A stretch of DNA of 64,000 bases from an uncultured Chloroflexia bacterium (GTDB lineage: Bacteria; Chloroflexota; Limnocylindria; Limnocylindrales; CSP1-4): the NCBI GenBank assembly GCA_963833535.1, contig CAWHYC010000008.1, forward strand, positions 265,738-329,737, in the 5' to 3' direction. The translations under genes and the position numbers were made by a program. The notes beneath the pieces were generated by a model. It saw only the letters and a program-made list of their open reading frames with translations, was not told where the DNA came from and made no database searches. Below, piece by piece: positions 45,303 to 56,259 of the stretch; position 1 is the first letter of the stretch, and every line of letters starts with the position of its first letter.

Positions 45303-45385
45303 GCGGCGACGAGCGTTGGGCGTCCCGACCGACGGTCAGCCCGTGCGACCAAGAAGGTACGCGGACGAGGGCTAGACTCGGGCCG

Positions 45386-45964
45386 ATGTCAGCCCTCGAC
45401 GACGCGCCGGAAGTCCACGCCGACGATCTCGTCACGTGGCGTGCCTGGCTGGCGGCGAACCACGCCGTGACCCGCGGTGCCTGGCTGCTCATGCGGCGCC
45501 AGCAAGCTGGTCACGCGGGCCTGGACTATGTGGCGGCCGTCGAGGAAGCCCTCTGCTTCGGCTGGGTGGACAGCACGCGCCGCCGGGTGGATGACGAGCG
45601 CAACAAGCTCTATTTCGCACGGCGCAAGCCGGGCAGCGCCTGGGCCGCGACCAACAAGGCGCGCGTCGAGCGGCTGATGAGCGAGGGCCGGATGGCTCCA
45701 GCCGGCCTGGCGGCCATCGAGCTCGCCAAGGCCAACGGGTCATGGGAGACCCTCGACGCCACAGAACGCCTGGAGATCCCCACGGACCTGGCCGCAGCTC
45801 TCGACGCCCGCACGCCGGCGGCAGCCAACTTCGCGGCCTTCCCGCCTTCGGCGCGCAAGCTCCTGCTCGGCTGGGTCGCCACGGCGCGGCGCCCCGAGAC
45901 CCGCACGGCGAGGATCACTGAGATCGCGGACGCTGCCGCCAGGAATGAACGCGCCCGCCGCTGA
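45386..45964 (+). CDS. YdeI/OmpD-associated family protein
   Basis: WRAWLAANH...EEALCFGWVDS...LYFARRKPGSAWAATNKARVERL. TAGACT (45373-45378) lies 7 nt upstream of the ATG. Confidence 0.8.
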   Translation: MSALDDAPEVHADDLVTWRAWLAANHAVTRGAWLLMRRQQAGHAGLDYVAAVEEALCFGWVDSTRRRVDDERNKLYFARRKPGSAWAATNKARVERLMSEGRMAPAGLAAIELAKANGSWETLDATERLEIPTDLAAALDARTPAAANFAAFPPSARKLLLGWVATARRPETRTARITEIADAAARNERARR

Positions 45965-46079
45965 TCCTTTGACGACGTACCTGCGCCGGCACCCGGCGAC
46001 TCGACCCGCCCGTTCAGGCGGGCTGATTGCGGGCATCGGCGATAATCGCGGCCAGTCAGCGACGCCACAGGTTGGATCC

Positions 46080-48053
46080 ATGCCGATCGACACGCTCGAG
46101 CTAGGACGTGACGGGGTCCGCCGTCACGCATGGGCCGAGGCCGTGGAAGCCTTTGGCGCGGCCGACCGCGCAGCGGGCTTGGGAGCGGAAGACCTGGAGC
46201 TGCTCGGCGAGGCGGCCTGGTGGAACGGGCACCCAGACGACGCGACGGACGCGCTGGAACGCGCATTCGCCGCTCATCTCGAGAAGGCGCAACCGGTCTT
46301 GGCCGCTCGCGTCGCACTGCTGCTCACCTACCTCGCCTTCCGGCGGCTGGCGGGATCGATCGGCGCCGGCTGGCAGGCTCGGGCGGAACGCCTCCTGGAG
46401 GCCGCGCCGGAGTCGGGCGCCCACGCATGGCTCGAGGTCGTCCGCGGGGCGGGTGCTCACATGCGCTCGGACCTGGCCGAGGCCGATGGACACATCGATC
46501 GCGCGATCGAGATCGCCAGCGCGCATGGCGAGGCTGATGCCCATGCCCTGGCGCTCAGCTTCAAGGGCTCCATCCAGATCGCCTGGGGCAACTGGCAGCG
46601 CGGTCTGGCCTTCATCGACGAGGCGGCCGCGGCCGCCTCGTCCGGACAGATCGGCGTCCGGACGGCGAGCGACATCTACTGCAACACGATCGCGACCTGC
46701 CGGGACATCAGCGACTTCAGGAGGGCGGACCAGTGGATCGAGGAGGCCGAGCGCTGGATGCGTCGCCAGGCCGTCGGCGGCTATCCGGGGATCTGCCGGG
46801 TCCATCGCGCCGAGCTGAACATGCTGCGCGGCCGGTGGCCAGAGGCGGAGCAGGAGGCCCGCCATGCCACCGAGGAGCTGGAGCTCTTCCGGATCCTGGA
46901 CGGGGTCGGCTTCGCGCACTACGAGGTCGGCGAAGTGCGCCTTCGGATGGGTGACCTGGCCGCAGCTGGAGAGGCATTCGAGCGGGCCTATGAGCATGGA
47001 CATGACGCCCAGCCTGGTCTGGCGCTTCTCCAGCTCGCCCAAGGGAGCCGGGATGAGGCTGCTCGGTCGATCGACCGCAGCCTCGCGACAGGGTCGGTCG
47101 AGCCTGGCACCAAGGATCAGACCAGGCGCGCGAGGTTGCTGCCCGCCCAGGTCGAGATCGCGCTGGCCGCCGGCGATGTCGAGACCGCCACGAGCGCGAC
47201 CGAGGAGCTCGAGTCGATCGCTGGTGCGTTCGACCGGCCGGTACTCACAGCAGCCGCGCTCACGGCACGGGGCGCGCTGCTCCTCCACCAGGCAGAACCT
47301 GCCGACGCCGCCGTGATGCTTGGCCGTGCGTGGCGGTCGTGGCAAGAGCTCGAGTTGCCGTACGAGAGCGCCAGGGCGCGCGTCCTCTATGGCATGGCCT
47401 TGCTGGCGCAAGGTGACGACGTCGCCGCTCGGCGGGATCTCCGATCCGCGCGCGCGGTCTTCGAGCATCTCGGGGCGTCGTTGGACCTGCAGAGGGTCAC
47501 GCTGCTCCTGGGCGATGAAGCCGGCCCGTCCGTCGCGAGTTCCGCGCGGGCGGTGAAGACCTTCATGTTCACCGACATCGTGACCTCGACAGATCTCGTC
47601 AGCCTGATCGGCGACCAGGGTTGGGAGGAGCTCCTCCGATGGCACGATCGGGAGCTGCGGTCGTCCTTTGCCGAGCATCGAGGCGAGGAGGTCAAGCAGA
47701 CCGGCGACGGGTTCTTCGTGGCCTTCGAGCGGGCCGTCGACGGCGTCGAGTGTGCGGTGGACATCCAGCGTCGCCTCGCCCGCCACCGGCGCGAGCATGG
47801 CTTTGCCCCGTGGGTACGGGTCGGGTTGCATGCCGCCGAAGCCACCAGGCAGGGCGGCGACTACTCGGGTCGAGGCGTGCATGTCGCCGCGCGGATCGGA
47901 GCCGCCGCCGAAGGCGAGGAGATCCTCGTCTCGCAGGCGGTCCTGGAGTCGACCGGCGCGATCCGCTTCCCCATCTCCGAGCCCCGCGCGCTCAGCCTAA
48001 AAGGGGTCAAGGAGCTGATCGGCGTCCGCGCCATCGATTGGCGACAGGGCTAG
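46080..48053 (+). CDS. TPR-like helical repeat protein with a C-terminal class III adenylate/guanylate cyclase domain
   Basis: The C-terminus is VKTFMFTDIVTSTDL...KQTGDGFFVAFE...VRVGLHAAEA...GRGVHVAARIGAAAEGEEILVS. Start chosen at the ATG 46080 (MPIDTLELG). Confidence 0.85.
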   Translation: MPIDTLELGRDGVRRHAWAEAVEAFGAADRAAGLGAEDLELLGEAAWWNGHPDDATDALERAFAAHLEKAQPVLAARVALLLTYLAFRRLAGSIGAGWQARAERLLEAAPESGAHAWLEVVRGAGAHMRSDLAEADGHIDRAIEIASAHGEADAHALALSFKGSIQIAWGNWQRGLAFIDEAAAAASSGQIGVRTASDIYCNTIATCRDISDFRRADQWIEEAERWMRRQAVGGYPGICRVHRAELNMLRGRWPEAEQEARHATEELELFRILDGVGFAHYEVGEVRLRMGDLAAAGEAFERAYEHGHDAQPGLALLQLAQGSRDEAARSIDRSLATGSVEPGTKDQTRRARLLPAQVEIALAAGDVETATSATEELESIAGAFDRPVLTAAALTARGALLLHQAEPADAAVMLGRAWRSWQELELPYESARARVLYGMALLAQGDDVAARRDLRSARAVFEHLGASLDLQRVTLLLGDEAGPSVASSARAVKTFMFTDIVTSTDLVSLIGDQGWEELLRWHDRELRSSFAEHRGEEVKQTGDGFFVAFERAVDGVECAVDIQRRLARHRREHGFAPWVRVGLHAAEATRQGGDYSGRGVHVAARIGAAAEGEEILVSQAVLESTGAIRFPISEPRALSLKGVKELIGVRAIDWRQG

Positions 48054-49221
48054 GGGGTCTGCCGGCTGCTGGCTCGGCGCCTATGGCGACCCGGACATCG
48101 CGCGATACGGCGTCCGAGGCGAGGAAGGCGAGCAGCCGTTCACCTTCCGCAGCCACGGCCGCGCGATCAGTCCGCCTGGGCCGTTCGACCATTCGGATGT
48201 CCATCGTCACCGTCGGCTCGCGCCTCGACCCGCCGCGCTCGAGCCGCCAGCTTCCATCCACCAGGCCATCGACGAGGATCGCGCCGAGGCCGATGGGTCG
48301 CTCCCCGAAGAGCGCCGCCACTCGCTCGTCGGCCCCGAAGCGGGATCGGTCCGCGTGGCCAAGGAGCACGTTGTCGTACTCCGGGAGGTAGCGCACCGGC
48401 GCTGGCGTGTCCGGGTCCGGCCGCGGAGCGTATGGCAGGTCGAAGAGCTCGCGGCCGAGCTCGTCGCGGAACATGACGAGGCGCGGTCGGAGGCGATCCA
48501 CGACCTCGCGCAGCCCGCCGATGCCGGACCAGGCGCGGATGTCCGCCACGCTCGCCGGCCCGAATGCCGCCAGGTAGCGGATCACGAGGGCGTCGATGTC
48601 GGGCTCGGGCTCCACGGAGCGTCCGAGCCAGGCCTCGACCGTCGTGAAGGCTGACGCTCCACTGCGCTGCCAGAGGCCACGCGGCGTGACCTGGACGAGT
48701 GCCAGGAGGTAGGTCAGGGCATACGCGAGCGACGGACCATCATGGTCAGGCCAGCGCTCGGCCATCCGTGGCGCCAGCTGCGCGCGGGTCCGCGGTCGCT
48801 CGTCGAGCCAGCCTCGCCCGGCGGCCATGAGCGCTTCCGGCTCGATGCCCGCCATGGCTCGCCCGAAAGGGCTCTGGCTTTGCAGCACGCGGTCGAGGAC
48901 GGGCCGGATGAGCGGCCAGATGGCCAGGTAATCATCGTCGGTCGCAAGGTGGAGCGTGCCCCGCATCAGGCCGCCGCGCACCGCCCGTCGCTGCTCGATG
49001 GCGTCCGAGAGCTCGGTCGGTTCGAAGTCCTCGAGCCGGCTCCACAGCGCGACGTAGGGGTTCTCTGGCACCTGGGCCTGCAGGCCGACGAGGTGCTCGA
49101 GCATCTGCGTGGCTGGCATCGCGACCCGAGCCAGGAGGTGCTGCCGTGCCAGCGTCGCGCGGTTGAGGACCCGTGGATCGAGCACCGTCTCGGGCGAGCC
49201 GCCGATGCCCGGATCGGTCAT
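48007..49221 (-). CDS. Winged-helix YcaQ/AlkZ-family protein (putative DNA glycosylase family)
   Basis: LNRATLARQHLL...LVGLQAQVPENPYVALWSRL...RGTLHL. The family assignment is from memory. The start overlaps the ligase stop (ATGA at 49218-49221). Confidence 0.75.
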   Translation of the reverse strand: MTDPGIGGSPETVLDPRVLNRATLARQHLLARVAMPATQMLEHLVGLQAQVPENPYVALWSRLEDFEPTELSDAIEQRRAVRGGLMRGTLHLATDDDYLAIWPLIRPVLDRVLQSQSPFGRAMAGIEPEALMAAGRGWLDERPRTRAQLAPRMAERWPDHDGPSLAYALTYLLALVQVTPRGLWQRSGASAFTTVEAWLGRSVEPEPDIDALVIRYLAAFGPASVADIRAWSGIGGLREVVDRLRPRLVMFRDELGRELFDLPYAPRPDPDTPAPVRYLPEYDNVLLGHADRSRFGADERVAALFGERPIGLGAILVDGLVDGSWRLERGGSRREPTVTMDIRMVERPRRTDRAAVAAEGERLLAFLASDAVSRDVRVAIGAEPAAGRPPSPVANRWRGRRSAP

Positions 49222-50339
49222 CCGACTCGGTGGTCGGCCGTCGCCCCGAAGATGCGCTCCAGCTCGTAGGGTGCGGTGACCTCCAGCTGATCGTACCGGC
49301 AGCTGTCAGGCATGCGGTCCGGGCGCCAGCGCAGGAAGGTCGTGGCGTGTCGGAAGCGGTCGCCCTGGAGGTGGTCGTAGGCCACTTCGACGACGCGCTC
49401 CGCTCGAAGCGGCTCCCAGGACAGGTCCTTGCCCGCGTTCCAGCGCGACGTCGCCCCAGGCAGCCGCTGACCGGCGGCCTCGGCGGCGGCCGCCCACTCT
49501 GCCCACTCCGCCCACGGATGCCCGTCGAGGGCATGGTCACGGAGCGGCGCCAGCTCGTCGACGAGCTCGCGGCGTCGCGCCTCCGTGAAGCTGGCCGTGA
49601 CGCCGACGTGGTTGAGCTTGCCGGCATCGTCCCATAGCCCGAGGAGCAGGGAGCCGACCATCGTGCCGGGCCCGTTCTTGTGCCAGCGGAAGCCTGCCAC
49701 CACGCAGTCGGCTGTTCGCGCGTGCTTGATCTTGATCATCGCGCGCTTGCCCGGCAGGTAGAGACCGTCCAACGGCTTGGCGATGACCCCATCGAGGCCC
49801 GCACCCTCGAAGCGATGGAACCAGTCCTCGGCGGTGGCGGCGTCCCGAGTCGCCGGCGTCAGGTGCACCGGGGCCCCGGCATCGGCCAGAACCGTCTCGA
49901 GTCGGGCCCGCCGTTCGCCCTGCGCTGTCGATCGCAAGTCGTCGTCATCGAGCGCCAGCAGGTCCCAGGCGACGAATGAGGCCGGGGTCGTCTCGGCCAG
50001 CATCCGGACGCGTGACGCGGCAGGGTGGATGCGCTGCAGGAGCGCCTCGAACTGCAGCCCGCCGTCACCGCGGATGACGACCTCGCCATCGACCACGCAG
50101 CGCTGGGGGAGGTTCGCGATCAGCGGCTCCGCCAGCTCCGGGAAGTAGCGATCGAGCGGCTTCAGGTCGCGGCTCTGGATGAACGTCTCGTCGGCATCGC
50201 GAAACACGATCGCCCTGAAGCCGTCCCACTTGGGCTCATAGAGCCAGTTCTCGCCGACCGGGATCGCAGGGGCGGGCTTGGCCAGCATCGGCTCGAGCGG
50301 CGGCTGGAAGGGCAGGCGCATGGGCATCGCGCAGACCAT
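49218..50339 (-). CDS. Stand-alone ATP-dependent DNA ligase (LigC-like size)
   Basis: Adenylation motif I is EPKWDGFR. Further motifs LDGVIAK and MIKIKH, with an OB-fold C-terminus. Alternative ATGs are at 50327 and 50321. Confidence 0.9.
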   Translation of the reverse strand: MVCAMPMRLPFQPPLEPMLAKPAPAIPVGENWLYEPKWDGFRAIVFRDADETFIQSRDLKPLDRYFPELAEPLIANLPQRCVVDGEVVIRGDGGLQFEALLQRIHPAASRVRMLAETTPASFVAWDLLALDDDDLRSTAQGERRARLETVLADAGAPVHLTPATRDAATAEDWFHRFEGAGLDGVIAKPLDGLYLPGKRAMIKIKHARTADCVVAGFRWHKNGPGTMVGSLLLGLWDDAGKLNHVGVTASFTEARRRELVDELAPLRDHALDGHPWAEWAEWAAAAEAAGQRLPGATSRWNAGKDLSWEPLRAERVVEVAYDHLQGDRFRHATTFLRWRPDRMPDSCRYDQLEVTAPYELERIFGATADHRVG

Positions 50340-50385
50340 AGCGCACAGGAGCCGTGCCGCAGGCGGACGCCCTTACACTCGGCCA

Positions 50386-50964
50386 GTGCCCTCAGCCGGC
50401 AGCCTCAGAGCGCTCGTCCAGGCGATCCTCGCCCTCGTCATCGTCACGGCCGGATGCGTCAGGGTCATGGCGCCGGCCGTCGCTCCGGGCACGCGCTCGT
50501 GCATCGGCCTGCCACAAGCCACGTGCGAGCAGGCCTTCCAGGAGGCCGATGCGACGGCGCAGAAGCGCGGAACCGTCGTCCTCGGGATCGCCGTCCGATG
50601 CACCGCCGTGTGCACGGACGCGAGCGGAGCGGCGGAGCGTTCGGTGACGTATGGGGATGGCACCACTGAACAGAGCGGCTTCGGCTGGCAGCAGGCGGCT
50701 CCTGCGCCGGTCGGCCAGCCGGTTGGCCCGGAGCCATCGCTGGCGGTCGCCCCGACCTGTCTGGGTATCGACGCGGTGACATGTCAGGCGCGCGCTCTTG
50801 AGGCACTCGACGACCTAGACACGGATCCGGACGCGGTCGTCGCGATCGTCGTGCGCTGCACGTCCGGACCGTGCACCCCCGCCCGCGGCGAAGGGGACAC
50901 CACGATCACCCTCGCCGATGGTGGGACGCGCGCCATCAGTTGGATCTACGAGGGCAGCCCCTAG
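50386..50964 (+). CDS. Putative lipoprotein built from two tandem 4-Cys modules
   Basis: The GTG at 50386 gives VPSAGSLRALVQAILALVIVTAGC. Module 1 is CIGLPQATCEQAF...VRCTAVC. Module 2 is CLGIDAVTCQARAL...VRCTSGPC. The start is uncertain. Confidence 0.5.
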   Translation: MPSAGSLRALVQAILALVIVTAGCVRVMAPAVAPGTRSCIGLPQATCEQAFQEADATAQKRGTVVLGIAVRCTAVCTDASGAAERSVTYGDGTTEQSGFGWQQAAPAPVGQPVGPEPSLAVAPTCLGIDAVTCQARALEALDDLDTDPDAVVAIVVRCTSGPCTPARGEGDTTITLADGGTRAISWIYEGSP

Positions 50965-50997
50965 GTCCTGTCGTGGCACGTGGTAGCCTCGGGTGTC

Positions 50998-51762
50998 ATG
51001 CCAGTGCCGACCTTCCGAGGCGATCCCTACCGCGTCCTCGACGTTGATCCCGCTGCCACCGACGCGGCCATCAAGCGCCGTCGTCGCGAGCTGGCTCGCG
51101 AGCTGCACCCGGATCAGGCGGCCGGCGACACCGAGCGGACGGCGGAGCTCACCAAGCGCATGGCCAGGGTCAACGCGGCATATGACCTGCTGCGTGACGA
51201 GGACCGACGGCGCGAGTACGACCGGGCGCACCCTCGCGCCGGCGCTCCGGGCGGGCGTGGGCAAAGCGGTCACGACGGCGATGGCACGCCGCGAGCGTCC
51301 GGGCCTCCGCCACCGCGTCCGACACGACCGGTCACCGCCCGCTTCGACACCACCGACACCTTCCGCAAGCGCGACGCGACGACGACCAACGGCAGCCATA
51401 GCCTGCCCGGCCACCGTCCGATCAGTGCCCGCGAGCGGGCGGAGGATCCGGAGCCGCTCCGAGCGAGCCTGCCGAACGGCCCCATCCACACACGTCGCAC
51501 GCGCCGCCGAGCGCCACTCCCGTCGCTCGACGAGTCGCTCACCACACCGCTCGAGTTCGGCAAGTTCCGCGGCCACACGCTCGGCCAGGTCGCGGCCTTC
51601 GAACCGACCTATATCGACTGGATCGCCCGCACGATCACCCGCGACCGCGACCTGGTGGTCAAGGCGCGAGTCATCCAGGCCGACCTCGACGAGCGGGGTG
51701 TCGAGCGTCGCGTTCGACCGCCGACGCCCGGCTTCGGAGCCGGCCGCGGTCCGGACGACTAG
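50998..51762 (+). CDS. J-domain protein with a C-terminal DUF3820-like motif
   Basis: DPYRVLDVDPAATDAAIKRRRRELARELHPDQ contains the HPD motif. The C-terminus is LEFGKFRGHTLGQVAAFEPTYIDWI. TAGCCT lies 8 nt upstream of the ATG. Confidence 0.85.
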   Translation: MPVPTFRGDPYRVLDVDPAATDAAIKRRRRELARELHPDQAAGDTERTAELTKRMARVNAAYDLLRDEDRRREYDRAHPRAGAPGGRGQSGHDGDGTPRASGPPPPRPTRPVTARFDTTDTFRKRDATTTNGSHSLPGHRPISARERAEDPEPLRASLPNGPIHTRRTRRRAPLPSLDESLTTPLEFGKFRGHTLGQVAAFEPTYIDWIARTITRDRDLVVKARVIQADLDERGVERRVRPPTPGFGAGRGPDD

Positions 51763-52165
51763 GCGGAAGAATTCGAGATCGGGACCCCGGCCGCCCGACC
51801 AGAGTCCCGATCCCAGGTGCCCGATAAGTGCGGCCGTCTCTCCCGCTATGGCCGGCCCGTCGGCCGAAAATACCTGTCACTCGACTCGTTGAGGGGGACC
51901 GGCGTTCCCGAGCGCGATGGACAGCTCCAACGCCCCTGAAGCCGGGATCACATCCAGTCCCGAACCCGGTGGTCGACGCCTCGGGTGCGCATCCGGCCCG
52001 AGATCGACGGCGTGTCCAGAAGGTAGACCCGCCCGGCGGCATGGGCAATGGGGCGGGAGTACGGCCCCCCTAGAACGATGGTCGATGGCGTGCGCGCACC
52101 GCCCTGGTCCGAGCGAGCACGTCGCCCGAGCAAGAAGACCCGGCTATCGGGTCGTCGCCAGGAGC
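51745..52165 (+). ncRNA. Candidate RNase P RNA (type A-like) with an atypical 5' half
   Basis: A gap of about 400 nt with no credible ORF lies between convergent genes. Three co-linear matches to remembered rnpB 3' motifs are present. GGTAGACCCGC (52021-52031) matches GGGUAGAC/GCUGC. CCTAGAACGATGG (52068-52080) matches CCUAGAUGAAUG. AAGAAGACCCGGCTATCGG (52132-52150) matches GACAGAACCCGGCUUAUCGG. The canonical GAGGAAAGUCCGG is not found intact. Candidates are AGAGTCCCGATCC (51801-51813) or GAAGCCGGGATCACAT (51938-51953). Confidence 0.4.
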
Positions 52166-52174
52166 CCGCGGACG

Positions 52175-52780
52175 TCAGCGGTCGCCCATCGCCGCCAGCG
52201 CCGCATCGAGCCGCGCCTGCTCGATGTCGGAGCCGATGACGACGTTGATCGTGTCCGGGCTGGCCGCCGGCCAGAGGTAGACCGTCTGCGGGTCCTCGCG
52301 CATTGCGGCATCGATGCGCACGGCCGGTCGCCCAGCGACCTCGATCGCCTGGGCGTGGACCTGGTTCACAGAGCGAGCATCATCGGCGCCTTTGGCGAAT
52401 GTGTCGGCCATGGCGTTCAGCGTCAGGCCGGGCGCTCGGTAGACGACGATCGCCAACCCCGATGCATCCGAGCCGGGCCAGGTCGCGCCCGCAAAGCGAA
52501 CCTCATGGAAGCCGGCGTCTGCGAGCGTGCCCAGCGCCCTGGCCGAGCAGTACCGTCCACTGTCGAGCGTGCTCGGTGCGACGCCGTCGATGGTCGGCGG
52601 GATGAGCGCCTCGAGCTCCGGGTCGAAGCCGGCTGCCCGCTGCTCGTCGGCGCCACCGCAGGGGGCCGACGGGTCGGGCTGAGCGGTCGGGCCGACGATC
52701 GCGCAGCCGCCGACGATCGTCGCGATCAGGGCGAGCGACAGCGCCACCTGGCGTCGTCGGGTGGGGCGTCGGAAAGGCAT
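52175..52780 (-). CDS. Putative lipoprotein
   Basis: Start at the ATG 52778-52780 gives [26 protein letters not shown], a signal peptide with a lipobox. 201 aa. Confidence 0.65.
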   Translation of the reverse strand: MPFRRPTRRRQVALSLALIATIVGGCAIVGPTAQPDPSAPCGGADEQRAAGFDPELEALIPPTIDGVAPSTLDSGRYCSARALGTLADAGFHEVRFAGATWPGSDASGLAIVVYRAPGLTLNAMADTFAKGADDARSVNQVHAQAIEVAGRPAVRIDAAMREDPQTVYLWPAASPDTINVVIGSDIEQARLDAALAAMGDR

Positions 52781-52849
52781 GCACCGGGAAGGGTAGGGCG
52801 GCCGCGCGACAGACGTCGTGACCGAGGGTCGGATGGTATCGTCGCCGGC

Positions 52850-54594
<1,745 letters not shown>

Positions 54595-54630
54595 CCGAGA
54601 CCACCTACCACCGCGATCAAAGGAGGGCAC

Positions 54631-55125
54631 ATGTACGCATCGGCCATGGAGTTCCTCGAGGAGGAGCACGAGGCCTGGCTCCCGTTCGAGGCGCTCATCG
54701 ACCTCACCGACGAGCGGCTCGACCGGCCGCGTCCAGCGGACGGGGCCACACACGGCTGGTCGGCCCGCGACCTCCTCGGCCACCTCGTGGGCGGGCAGGA
54801 ACGAGCACTGGAAGTCGCCCGCGAGCTGGCCGTGGGGGAGATGTCGCCCTCCAAGCGTCGCATGGACGACGACTGGGAGGCGCGTGGGGACGAGATCAAT
54901 GACGAGCTGGTCGTCCATTGGCGCTCTTTGGACCACGACGAGGTACGGCGGCTGGCCAGGACGCTGCCCGGCGAGCTGCGGGGCACGCTGACCATGGTCC
55001 CGGAGGCGCGCTGGGTCCGGGACGGGGACATGATGGAGTTCTTCTTCGCGGAGACCATCGAGCACTACCAGGACCACCAGGACGAGCTGGCCGCTATCCT
55101 GGCCGACTCGGACCGCCAGGCCTGA
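54631..55125 (+). CDS. Hypothetical four-helix-bundle-like protein (DinB/ClbS-like, low confidence)
   Basis: RBS AGGAGG (54617-54622). WSARDLLGHLVGGQE ... ETIEHYQDHQDEL. Confidence 0.55.
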   Translation: MYASAMEFLEEEHEAWLPFEALIDLTDERLDRPRPADGATHGWSARDLLGHLVGGQERALEVARELAVGEMSPSKRRMDDDWEARGDEINDELVVHWRSLDHDEVRRLARTLPGELRGTLTMVPEARWVRDGDMMEFFFAETIEHYQDHQDELAAILADSDRQA

Positions 55126-55136
55126 CTCGCGTGGCG

Positions 55137-55448
55137 ATGTCTCCCGCTGAGGAGCTGGCGATGCTCGTCGCCGGAGCCGCAGCGAAACTGGGGATCGAGG
55201 CCGCGCCAACAGGTGACGTCACGGCCTACTCAGTCGATCAGGCATTGGTCGTCAGCGTCGCTGGCGGGACGGCCGATTTCCGGCTTCGAGCGGATGTCGC
55301 CGCCGCTGCGGCGAGGACGCCCGAGGCCAGCGCGTCACCACGGGGGGCTGAGTGGGTCGCGTTCTCGCCGACGACCTTCGATCGGTTCACCCGCGACCGG
55401 ATCGAGGCCTGGTTCGAGTTCGCAGTCAAGCAGATGCGGATCGGCTAG
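55137..55448 (+). CDS. Small hypothetical protein
   Basis: 103 aa from the ATG at 55137. Plausible composition (…WVAFSPTTFDRFTRDRIEAWFEFAVKQM). Confidence 0.45.
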   Translation: MSPAEELAMLVAGAAAKLGIEAAPTGDVTAYSVDQALVVSVAGGTADFRLRADVAAAAARTPEASASPRGAEWVAFSPTTFDRFTRDRIEAWFEFAVKQMRIG

Positions 55449-56236
55449 GGGATCTCGAATCTGAGCGAATCCACGATGTGCGCCAGCTCGTCCCGGTCGG
55501 CCTGCGTGGTTTCGGGTGAGTACGTTGCATCGACGACCAGTCGCTGCCCATCGACATCAAGGACCCACAAGCGGTCGACCTGACCGGGGACCTGCTGGTA
55601 TCGCTCGCCCCCACCTCCACTCAGCCAGCTGACGAAGTCCAGGTGTCCGTTGTCCGGCCAGACGTCACAGCCTTGGAAGTCGGCGTCGCCGGTCACCACC
55701 ATGTCGGCAGGGACCGACCACTCGAGGTACCGGCCTTGATGCCCGGCGAGGGTCACGTCGATCGGCGCCGACGCGTCGCGCGTCGCCTGGGCACCGAGGG
55801 CCGCGACGAGATCCTCGACACCTGACCCAGGATCGATCAATTGCCCCTGCCAGTGGCACGGGTCGCGGGCCACCTGGGTCACGTCCCAGACGCTGAGTCC
55901 GAGCACGGAAGGACCGGATTCGAGCACGAAGTGGCCATCCGAGGACCAGCCGTCGGGCACCTCGACCGAGTATCGAGGGTAGCTGCCGCCCCCGAGCACC
56001 TGCGCTTGCTGACGCACTTCATCGGAAAGCGCGACGGGGGTATCGAGCGTCGGGGCCGGCGTCGAGCTCGTGGGTTGCGTCGACGTCGTAGCCTGCGCCG
56101 CGTTCGAGGGTTGCGGGGACGAGGCCTCCGCAGGCGGAGACGATCGCTCAACGACCGCGCCCGAGCAGCCAGCCGCGATGGACAGGATGCCGATGGTCGC
56201 CAGCCATCCGGTGACTCGCCGGCTGCTCTCCGCCAG
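55445..56236 (-). CDS. Putative lipoprotein with an unresolved start codon
   Basis: The ORF-track body is 55445-56017. The same frame stays open upstream to 56251 and encodes a clear lipoprotein signal, RRVTGWLATIGILSIAAGCSG. The only in-frame candidate start is a CTG at 56234-56236. The nearby ATG (56244-56246) is one frame off. Confidence 0.55.
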   Translation of the reverse strand: MAESSRRVTGWLATIGILSIAAGCSGAVVERSSPPAEASSPQPSNAAQATTSTQPTSSTPAPTLDTPVALSDEVRQQAQVLGGGSYPRYSVEVPDGWSSDGHFVLESGPSVLGLSVWDVTQVARDPCHWQGQLIDPGSGVEDLVAALGAQATRDASAPIDVTLAGHQGRYLEWSVPADMVVTGDADFQGCDVWPDNGHLDFVSWLSGGGGERYQQVPGQVDRLWVLDVDGQRLVVDATYSPETTQADRDELAHIVDSLRFEIP

Positions 56237-56259
56237 GCCAGGCCATGACCCTCACGTCC

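Noticed and set aside
43700-50400. A complete NHEJ locus (Ku plus LigD).
   Set aside because: Polymerase-domain and ligase genes are present, but they are separate and on opposite strands. No Ku-like ORF was found in any frame of the window.
51779-51812. A rho-independent terminator for the J-domain gene, formed by GATCGGGAC pairing with GTCCCGATC (a 9-bp stem).
   Set aside because: The loop is long (16 nt) and there is no U tract. The hairpin also falls inside the candidate RNase P-like RNA, so it may be part of that structure instead.
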